Source: a virus. From it: a DNA stretch of 64,000 nucleotides. How positions within the stretch are numbered: position 1 is the stretch's first letter; the number at the start of each line of letters is the position of its first letter. The notes beneath the pieces are model-generated. The model made no database searches. It worked only from the letters and a program-made list of their open reading frames with translations, and had not been told where the DNA came from. Below, piece by piece: positions 56,899-64,000 of the stretch. Position numbers and translations under genes: made by a program. The DNA lies in the IMG/VR virus record IMGVR_UViG_3300037882_002282, positions 5,834 to 69,833 of that record; one strand, given 5' to 3'.

Positions 56899-57454
56899 TA
56901 TTTTCCAGTACGTTTCTACATAAGGTTACTATCCTGCTAATGTTTTTAAGACTACAATTATGTTGTTCAGCCAATTCCTTACTTTTGTATCCGTTATGAT
57001 ATGAAAAGAAAATATCTATATCTCTGTCCTTAATTCCATGTTCTCGTAATCCTTGGACCAAGCTTTCCTTACAACAATTAAAGGATAAATCTGTATTTTC
57101 ATTTTTTGGGTGATTAAAATCTGCGTTTTGTAAGTCATTAAGTGGATCGCTTAATTGACTAAAACAAATAGTTCTATGACCGTTTATTTTTTTGCTAAAA
57201 GCTGATAAGTTTTGATTTATTAACCATTCTATAGTAAGTGATAAATAAGTTTGGAAATTAGACTTATCTGGCGAATGATTGCTGATTGCTAACCACAACC
57301 CTTCGTTTTTAAACGATTCAAATATATCCCGATCTATACTATAATATTTTAGTTTTAGAAGTTCAATAACCCTTATATTTTTGGGGTCATCTAGATATTG
57401 TCTGAATTCTTCATTTGAGATTTTACTATATTTTCTTGGAGTGCGTTTTCCCAT
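56870..57454 (-). CDS. Phage sigma-70-like factor
   Basis: GLW.AI..H.PDKSNF.TY (region 2); Y...ELAE...CS...ISR (region 4). Confidence 0.75.
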   Translation of the reverse strand: MGKRTPRKYSKISNEEFRQYLDDPKNIRVIELLKLKYYSIDRDIFESFKNEGLWLAISNHSPDKSNFQTYLSLTIEWLINQNLSAFSKKINGHRTICFSQLSDPLNDLQNADFNHPKNENTDLSFNCCKESLVQGLREHGIKDRDIDIFFSYHNGYKSKELAEQHNCSLKNISRIVTLCRNVLENNATRTELSL

Positions 57455-58017
57455 TTGTAGTCCCATATGCCATCTATTAGTCCATAGGACTTAGCACTAC
57501 GGGCATTCAACCACAGCCCAGATTTCAAATCATTCATAAAAGACTCTAATTTTTTACCAGTTCCCTTTTGGCACGCCTTTGCTACTTGACGATAAATTTC
57601 GTCGTTCTTTTTACCAGTAAACTCAGCATATATTTTCTGCATATGTACGTAATCGGTGGGCATATCCACGCTATACATATGAAGCATTAAGGTACTATTC
57701 TTAGTTGCAAAACGGTGTCCAGGTTCACCAAGGGCTAAAATATTAGCTGCGGCCGAATAAGCCTTTCCTTGTGCTACAGTCCAAATTGTTATGCCTCTTG
57801 CCCGCGTTCCTTCCATTTCATCAATTATTGCATCTTGTGCCTCCGTATCTCCCCCGTCGCTATGAATATAAAGGTATATATCTTCTTTAGAGATATCTGC
57901 TAAATATCTCATTGACTGTATTACAGTCTTGGCACTCTCTTCCTTGATTTCGCCCCACAACAAAATTCGCCTAGATTCTAGAAAAATCTGATCTAGGTCA
58001 AATTCATCTTTATTCAT
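57391..58017 (-). CDS. clpP: ClpP-like serine protease
   Basis: RRI.L.GEI, I.LYI.S.GG, G.AYSAA, R.A..NS..MLH, WL.A..A..YGLID. Confidence 0.88.
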   Translation of the reverse strand: MNKDEFDLDQIFLESRRILLWGEIKEESAKTVIQSMRYLADISKEDIYLYIHSDGGDTEAQDAIIDEMEGTRARGITIWTVAQGKAYSAAANILALGEPGHRFATKNSTLMLHMYSVDMPTDYVHMQKIYAEFTGKKNDEIYRQVAKACQKGTGKKLESFMNDLKSGLWLNARSAKSYGLIDGIWDYKWENALQENIVKSQMKNSDNI

Positions 58018-58597
58018 CCTGATACGTTGTTAGATAACCCCCAACTTCATCTTTCACATCCTTGAGAAGTTCCAATTCGGCTTGGAAAGACTCATCAAGG
58101 TGTTGAGCAGTAATTACCTTTTTCTGCCCCGTTGGGAATACATAAATCGCCCAGTAGTCAGTATTAATGGTGCTTCTAATCTCTTCAATAACGGAAAGAT
58201 TATCACCAAAAGTAAGCTCACAATTAGACATAAGATCGTCTTGAGCTTCGACCATCAGACGAGTAGCAACTTCTTTCTTGACGGTATTCTGATTGAACAA
58301 CTCGCCAACCCCCATGTTGAAGCGATAGGGGTGCATCTGTTTAAAATAACAGACGCCAGGAGTACCTTCGACGACTTTGCGGACCTGAGCAGTTACGTAG
58401 AACGTCGTGTCTGCCGTCCACAGATGAAGATATTTATCGGGATCAAAGTACAAAGCGGCTGGCAAATTGTCTGCACTTAGCATTGCAGAATCATCACCCT
58501 CATCCATCTCGTCTTCCAGGGAAAGGAAGTTTTCCGAAATTTTTTTCAAGGGATGCTCCCACTTCCTCCATACCAAAAGGCGGTTGATATTGTTCAT
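58010..58597 (-). CDS. Hypothetical protein
   Basis: 195-aa ORF heading the clpP-sigma operon. Confidence 0.55.
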   Translation of the reverse strand: MNNINRLLVWRKWEHPLKKISENFLSLEDEMDEGDDSAMLSADNLPAALYFDPDKYLHLWTADTTFYVTAQVRKVVEGTPGVCYFKQMHPYRFNMGVGELFNQNTVKKEVATRLMVEAQDDLMSNCELTFGDNLSVIEEIRSTINTDYWAIYVFPTGQKKVITAQHLDESFQAELELLKDVKDEVGGYLTTYQDE

Positions 58598-58653
58598 TAT
58601 TTGAGTTCCTTTTGAGTTGGTTGTCCCTAGTAATAATACACCGAACGGAAAGA

Positions 58654-59562
58654 CTAGTTCATATCTAGCACTTCCAATGTAGAAACATCGAATACCTTTG
58701 GGGGGTTGTCGAATTTGGTTAATTTTGCTTTTAATTCTGCTAATTCTCGTTTGTTAGTGATACCACGATCTTGTGCGTAACAAACAACCTGATCTAAGCT
58801 GAACGGATCATCAACATATGATGCACAGTCATTAATTGTGTCCATAATACTCAACCACTCTGCTCGCGTAAACGTTACTACATCCATTCTATAGTCATGA
58901 AAAGCCTCAAAAGTAATAGGAAATACTTCCTTCACAATAGCGGCAATTACATTAGCATACGAACGAATTTCTAGCTGGGCGTGTTCATCACAACGTAAGT
59001 ATAAGAAATGTAATAAGTTCCTGATATCAGCCTTAAAAAAGAGTTGTGTATAGGTAGAGACTGGTAAATCTTTGCGGGCTTGTTCCTTAGCTACTCCAAG
59101 ATTATTTCTAACATCATATTCAAACTTCAACTTTTTATGAAGTTCTTTCTCATCCCCTGTGAGATTCTTTCCCAGTCTTGTTTCTAGAAATCCTTCGGAA
59201 CCCTGTTTATTATCCTTAGATTGGGTTCGCCACTCGTCCTCGGCTGTACGCTGGAATTCGCAAGCACACTCTGAGTAGCGAAGGCTTTCCTGGTTGAAAT
59301 TGAACGTGCGATGACGTAAAAGTTGCTGTACTACATGGAGAGGTAGTTTGGCGTGAAACTTCATCTCTCCCATTTCCAGGGGGCTGGTATGGTTATGTCG
59401 AATTAAATATCTGATTAATGATTTAGTATCAGCTACTTGCCTAGTTCCTTTTTGATATGAAACTCTAGCAGCTTGTTCTAAGGATTGGTCGTCTCCCATA
59501 TAGTCAACCAAACCAAGAAACCCTTGGTCTAGCACCTTAAAATATTTACCTTTAAGATTCAC
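58654..59562 (-). CDS. thyX: Flavin-dependent thymidylate synthase
   Basis: AARVSY, HTSPLE, QLLRHR...QESLRY, EQAR..LP, LR...HAQ.EIR. Confidence 0.95.
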   Translation of the reverse strand: MNLKGKYFKVLDQGFLGLVDYMGDDQSLEQAARVSYQKGTRQVADTKSLIRYLIRHNHTSPLEMGEMKFHAKLPLHVVQQLLRHRTFNFNQESLRYSECACEFQRTAEDEWRTQSKDNKQGSEGFLETRLGKNLTGDEKELHKKLKFEYDVRNNLGVAKEQARKDLPVSTYTQLFFKADIRNLLHFLYLRCDEHAQLEIRSYANVIAAIVKEVFPITFEAFHDYRMDVVTFTRAEWLSIMDTINDCASYVDDPFSLDQVVCYAQDRGITNKRELAELKAKLTKFDNPPKVFDVSTLEVLDMN

Positions 59563-60152
59563 GCGACTTCCTTTATGAAATACTTACCATCTTCAAACCC
59601 TAATATTCCATCTTTATATAACTTATAACCTAATTCTTGTAACTGACTATGACAATCTCTATGTTCAACATGTGAAGGATATAGATGTAAGTTATCTGGA
59701 GAGTTATTTAACTTATCTCCATCTATATGATGAACTACCTCACCCCTCTCCACCTTCCTTCCAATCTTTTCCTCTATAACTACTATATGTTCTTTTTTAT
59801 ATGCCAACCACCCAGATTCAGTTTTGTAGTCTCTTTTACCATAATAAACCATCCAGTAACCATCTGACGACATATATCTACCACCTTTCCAGGTAGCAGA
59901 CTTTTCACGACAACGCTCTGGATATTTTTTGCCTTTGTTATATGGTATTCTACCCTTTGCTTTTTCACCTACTTTTTTTGCTGCACATTTTCTACAGTAG
60001 TTGCTGCCGTTATGTCTTTTTTTATATTGATAGTAATTATCTATAGATGTTTCGTATTTATGTCCACAACTTTCAGTATCGCAGACCAATCCTACCTTGA
60101 TACGATGTTTTCCTTTATTATCTTTGAAGTTAATTCTGTACTCAATAGCCAT
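59559..60152 (-). CDS. HNH homing endonuclease
   Basis: WKGGR...DGY, EH..V.E..IGR, VVHHIDGDKLNN...NL. Confidence 0.85.
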   Translation of the reverse strand: MAIEYRINFKDNKGKHRIKVGLVCDTESCGHKYETSIDNYYQYKKRHNGSNYCRKCAAKKVGEKAKGRIPYNKGKKYPERCREKSATWKGGRYMSSDGYWMVYYGKRDYKTESGWLAYKKEHIVVIEEKIGRKVERGEVVHHIDGDKLNNSPDNLHLYPSHVEHRDCHSQLQELGYKLYKDGILGFEDGKYFIKEVA

Positions 60153-60196
60153 TAAGACCCTCTTTTGGTTCGTTTAGTGTTGCTGTCCACTAAACA

Positions 60197-60204
60197 TATA
60201 CACC
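60197..60204 (-). promoter_or_regulatory. GGTGTATA promoter-like motif
   Basis: Upstream of the HNH gene. Confidence 0.65.
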
Positions 60205-60227
60205 AAAAGCAAGTCTAAACGAACTTT

Positions 60228-61349
60228 TTATCCACGGAATCCCACTTTGATCTTAGAGTCTACTTCTCTAGTTAAATTGAAGTTATCAAAAGCTTCTTGT
60301 AGATCGTATTCTTTGTTATCTACAAAATGTTGAAAGACAAGCATAGTTCTGAGCATGTCGATTTCTGCAAAAGATTTTCCTTGGCAGAATTCAACCAGAG
60401 AATACATTAGATAATTGTCATTCAGAAAATCAAGCAGGCTCTTGTCAGCAAACCGCTCAAAATATTCCTCGATTTGCTCAGCATTGGGTTTGTCAATCTT
60501 TACTCTGAGGTCAATCCGACCAGGACGCAAAAACGCTGCGTCAATGTTAGCAGTATCTTCATTTGTACTGAAAATTCGTACTGCTCCCCTAACTGGGACT
60601 CTCATACCATCCATTGCACTAAGAACAGCACAAGCGATATCTGCTTGCCCAGTGATAGTACGAGTAAGTAAACTCATGTCCATATCGTCGTAGAAAGTCA
60701 AACCTTCTCTACTGAAAAGTTTGTTAAGAGGCTCACCAGCACCAAACTGCTTCTTAATTTCCTGACATTCAACAGATGATGTAGAATGTTTGTGTTTGAT
60801 TGCCAGGTCTTGCAAGTATCTTGTTACCATAGTCTTACCATTTCCTGGTGGACCATAAAATAAGATACCACGGGCGAGTTTTACATTATGTTGCTTGAGA
60901 GAACGCCACTGTTGTAAAAATTCAATGGAGTTCTTTAAAACTAGGTCTAGTAAATCGCTAGGAAGAATAGGTTTAATAAGTTTAGGTTTGTAGTTACCCG
61001 CTCTAAACCTGCGTTTTAGTCCAACTAAATCTGCCGCTTTGGTTTTATTGTTTACTACAACAGCTTCGTATTCGTGGCCACCATCAGCATACCTAATTAA
61101 CCCCCATACAATATTACGTTGTTTACCTTTGATGGTAATTCTAGTATTAAAAATTTTCAGCCCGAGAAACATTCCTCCTTGCATATCTGCAAAGGTGTGG
61201 TCGTGAATTACTCTATCAATAAAAGATTTTGGTCTAATAAAGTAAGAAATTTGGTGTCCTTTGATAGCAGAACTAGCCCCAGGAACTTCCTTTTCAAAAA
61301 TCCCCTGCCAATATTTTACGATATTTGCGATTCTGTCTGGAGTATCCAT
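60228..61349 (-). CDS. AAA+ ATPase
   Basis: GILFYGPPGNGKT, FYDDMD, STN...IDAAFLRPGRID. Confidence 0.88.
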   Translation of the reverse strand: MDTPDRIANIVKYWQGIFEKEVPGASSAIKGHQISYFIRPKSFIDRVIHDHTFADMQGGMFLGLKIFNTRITIKGKQRNIVWGLIRYADGGHEYEAVVVNNKTKAADLVGLKRRFRAGNYKPKLIKPILPSDLLDLVLKNSIEFLQQWRSLKQHNVKLARGILFYGPPGNGKTMVTRYLQDLAIKHKHSTSSVECQEIKKQFGAGEPLNKLFSREGLTFYDDMDMSLLTRTITGQADIACAVLSAMDGMRVPVRGAVRIFSTNEDTANIDAAFLRPGRIDLRVKIDKPNAEQIEEYFERFADKSLLDFLNDNYLMYSLVEFCQGKSFAEIDMLRTMLVFQHFVDNKEYDLQEAFDNFNLTREVDSKIKVGFRG

Positions 61350-61651
61350 TAGTATGCCTGATTAATCCTTGCGGCTTCGCTTGCAGAGACTTCGGGTTTA
61401 GTATCATTGTGAAGAACCATTTTTTGCCACTCGTTAAAAATTAAGTGGGCTAGTGTAGTATCTCCAGTTTCTTTGGCGTGGTTTGTAATCAAAGCTTTAA
61501 GATGTTCTAGAAAGTTACCAGAGTTCAAACTGTAGAGAGTATGGGCAATTGCTACTGCTAGTTTTTGGTCTTCATTATCAGACTCAACCGATAGTTTTGC
61601 TTTAACATCGTCCATACCTTCTTCATAAAAGAAGGTTAGTTCAAATCTCAT
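61349..61651 (-). CDS. Hypothetical protein
   Basis: Coupled ORF. Confidence 0.5.
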   Translation of the reverse strand: MRFELTFFYEEGMDDVKAKLSVESDNEDQKLAVAIAHTLYSLNSGNFLEHLKALITNHAKETGDTTLAHLIFNEWQKMVLHNDTKPEVSASEAARINQAY

Positions 61652-62004
61652 GGCATCATTCCCTTAGCCATAGTTTTGTATAGCAACTCAAGTTGGGAAT
61701 TATTTAGATTTAATGGCTTAGCGTCTTTAAGGGTGTGCCACTCCGTTTTGATATCTAGTTCTAGTGGAAATAATACTCCGTAGTAAATATTAAACTGGTC
61801 TTTCTCTATGATTACGTCTAATAGTACTGGTTTTAGAAATTTAGGATCGAACCCTATTAGTTTTAAAAACTTGTCATGAGCACTATCAACACTACATATT
61901 CCGTCAGCAGGAATGGTAATATGATTATTATCTTTGTCTAGAAGTAATTGAACCTTATCTTTATTATTAGTACCGACACAAACATATTTGAAATTTACGT
62001 CCAT
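61648..62004 (-). CDS. Hypothetical protein
   Basis: Coupled ORF. Confidence 0.5.
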   Translation of the reverse strand: MDVNFKYVCVGTNNKDKVQLLLDKDNNHITIPADGICSVDSAHDKFLKLIGFDPKFLKPVLLDVIIEKDQFNIYYGVLFPLELDIKTEWHTLKDAKPLNLNNSQLELLYKTMAKGMMP

Positions 62005-62504
62005 TTTCCTAGTACCTTGGGAATGTGATAGGAAATATGACTCGCACTAATAGCATGGACCAAACTATGAAAAAAGGCAGAATCGATTTCGGTGGGTGGC
62101 TGAATTTGTTTTTGGTTTAATGATACCGACGAAATTGCAATGTCGCCCTTAAGCAAATTGGGGTTGGTTAGGTGACGGACTGAAAACGACTGATTAAAGA
62201 TTCCTTCATAATCAGTGTAGACAACCCCGATACTGGAAGCGTCGAACTTAAACGCTTCTACGATTTCTGCCAACCTAGTCCCATTCCATGAACTTCCGCC
62301 CTTAAAGAAGGCAACAATCTCAACTAGATTAGCTAGCTCGTTGAGTGTCGCTAGAAAAGAATCCCTGTCCGTACTACTCCGCACTACTGACGCGATATAA
62401 GTTTGATTTTCAAGATCGGCTAGCTCACTCCCTGTTTGTTGCCCATATAAGAGAACACCTACCCTTGGTTTAAATTCTTGAGAGCTTCCGTTATTTTGTT
62501 GCAT
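61995..62504 (-). CDS. Degenerate GT2-like hypothetical protein
   Basis: IGVVYTDY and YHIP..L motifs. Confidence 0.4.
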   Translation of the reverse strand: MQQNNGSSQEFKPRVGVLLYGQQTGSELADLENQTYIASVVRSSTDRDSFLATLNELANLVEIVAFFKGGSSWNGTRLAEIVEAFKFDASSIGVVYTDYEGIFNQSFSVRHLTNPNLLKGDIAISSVSLNQKQIQPPTEIDSAFFHSLVHAISASHISYHIPKVLGKWT

Positions 62505-63550
62505 GTGTTTTTCCAAGTAAACTTTTTACCAGTTTCGATGCCGTTTAGATTGATTACATTTTCGCCACGTTTTTTACTCTCATAGATACCCCTCATATAC
62601 TCTGCACATTGGGAAATTTGTGTGGGGCCAATTTCTGCCCATTCTGCAAATCCATGAAACCACCGCCCATCATAAGCATCTTCTAAATTATCAATATCTA
62701 CTAAGTAACAGTTGTCCTTAGTACAAAACTCAGTGTGAGCAGAATAGTTTGTGGCAATAACTTGTGTACCACAACTCATCATCTCTAAGAGAGGAAGGTT
62801 CCATCCTTCGGCATGAGATAAGAAGACTCCACAATCAACCGCCTGCATTGCGTTAATTAATTGGGGCATTTGTAGGCGATTTACAATCTTTATTTTTTCG
62901 CCCATTACCGATTCTTTGTAAACTCGTCCCCAATCATTAATTTCTTCTTGTGTAGTATGAGCACTGATTGGAAGCATAATTAACTCAACATCGTCGCTGG
63001 GCGAGAATGCTTGATTAAACGCTTCTAATAGCTCGTTATGACCTTTACGAACTTCCCACTTACCAACATTAAGGAAACGGCAAGTATTGTCTTTTGGTAA
63101 TTGTTGATATTTAAACACATTCGTGTCCACGCCCAAAGGAACAACAAATGTTGGAATATTTATATTATTTTCTTCTATTACTGTCTTCGCCCACTCAGAC
63201 GTTACGAATAAAGCGTCCTGGTTAAGTAGGTGATTTAAAATATGGGGCTCAAACTTATTTACCTCGAAGATAGGAAAACCAATATGGTGTCCCTTACCGA
63301 CGTGTTGGGCTAAATCGTGTTGGTGATATAATCGAATTGAATCAGCTTCTCGATCATAAAACCTCTGGTTAATCAAACACTGGTTTACGATACCGCCGTC
63401 TTCGTTGGGAGTTAAGCTACAATCAATTGATAGTGGCCCAATCCCAAATAAACTAACAGTATAATTATTAACCAGTTCTTTTAGGATATTTAGAGAAGCA
63501 ACACCATAACTTAATCCGTTAATAGGGCATGTCAAATTTAACTTATTCAT
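62459..63550 (-). CDS. Glycosyltransferase family 4
   Basis: VPLGVD, GKWEVRKG, EGWNLPLLEMMSCG. Confidence 0.9.
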   Translation of the reverse strand: MNKLNLTCPINGLSYGVASLNILKELVNNYTVSLFGIGPLSIDCSLTPNEDGGIVNQCLINQRFYDREADSIRLYHQHDLAQHVGKGHHIGFPIFEVNKFEPHILNHLLNQDALFVTSEWAKTVIEENNINIPTFVVPLGVDTNVFKYQQLPKDNTCRFLNVGKWEVRKGHNELLEAFNQAFSPSDDVELIMLPISAHTTQEEINDWGRVYKESVMGEKIKIVNRLQMPQLINAMQAVDCGVFLSHAEGWNLPLLEMMSCGTQVIATNYSAHTEFCTKDNCYLVDIDNLEDAYDGRWFHGFAEWAEIGPTQISQCAEYMRGIYESKKRGENVINLNGIETGKKFTWKNTCNKITEALKNLNQG

Positions 63551-63616
63551 TATGCTGTGCTATTCTCTTACAATAGTTTATAAATTTATCTTCATTAAGT
63601 TCTTGTTTCATAAAGT

Positions 63617-63985
63617 TTACATCCTTCGTTCCTTGCTGTAATATTTGTCTGCCCGTTTAGCCATTCTTAGAACTTGTGGTTCAAGTGCATGAGGAACCCT
63701 TAATTCATTTTCTTTGCTCTCATAATTCTGTACAACTTCGTCAAGAGGGTGAAGGTTTTTAAGGGCGTATTTAACCCCCTCAATCTTGTTGAACTTGTCT
63801 AGCTTTAAATTACATTTTGACCACCCAACCTTAACTCCACCACGCGGCGACTTAAGAGCTACCACGATACCGCATGGAGCCCCATCAGGTTGGTACGCTG
63901 GATATTTTTCGCCCGTCTTTTTGTTGACCTTTTCAATTCGTTTGTATGAATCGTGGATCACCTTGACGAGCATGTTCTGATTCAA
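63617..63985 (-). CDS. Conserved phage protein
   Basis: VGWSKC...DKFNK..G...A. Confidence 0.6.
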   Translation of the reverse strand: MNQNMLVKVIHDSYKRIEKVNKKTGEKYPAYQPDGAPCGIVVALKSPRGGVKVGWSKCNLKLDKFNKIEGVKYALKNLHPLDEVVQNYESKENELRVPHALEPQVLRMAKRADKYYSKERRM

Positions 63986-64000
63986 GCCCTGATTTTTTCC

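Noticed and set aside
9715-63980. Numerous + strand ORFs antisense to minus-strand genes
   Set aside because: Fully nested opposite well-supported genes, with no recognisable motifs
1-64000. Stop-codon reassignment
   Set aside because: Core genes are full length under code 11, and TAA, TAG and TGA all end genes at coupled junctions

Overview
A 64-kb, AT-rich, gene-dense segment of a large lytic tailed-phage genome using the standard code, with no host housekeeping operons. The host may be a planctomycete; this is inferred only from planctomycete-style CxxCH cytochrome proteins. Bases 1-9650 (+ strand) end a virion module: a repeat-built tail-fibre-like protein, a Cys-rich protein with a 62-residue poly-Ser tract, an O-fucosyltransferase-like gene and small membrane proteins. 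Bases ~9600-64000 (- strand) carry a glycosyltransferase/NTP-transferase cluster; a replication set (DnaE split into two intein-less genes, DEDDh exonuclease, SSB, primase, DnaB, RecA, Cas4-like nuclease); nucleotide metabolism (intein-containing class II RNR, ThyX, dCMP deaminase, dNMP kinase, DeoC-like protein); C5 and N6A methyltransferases; several free-standing homing endonucleases; three tRNA or tRNA-like genes; a sigma factor; ClpP; and an AAA ATPase. The most notable items are: (i) a module of a matrixin-type metalloprotease plus two exported CxxCH proteins; (ii) an intergenic GGTGTATA promoter-like motif (11 exact copies seen), often in RBS-proximal hairpins; (iii) an ORF-less ~190-nt structured RNA with its own promoter motif and terminator at 47.4-47.6 kb, plus structured spacers between the tRNAs; (iv) a possible virion-glycosylation system. 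All calls come from reading motifs by eye; no database searches were run.
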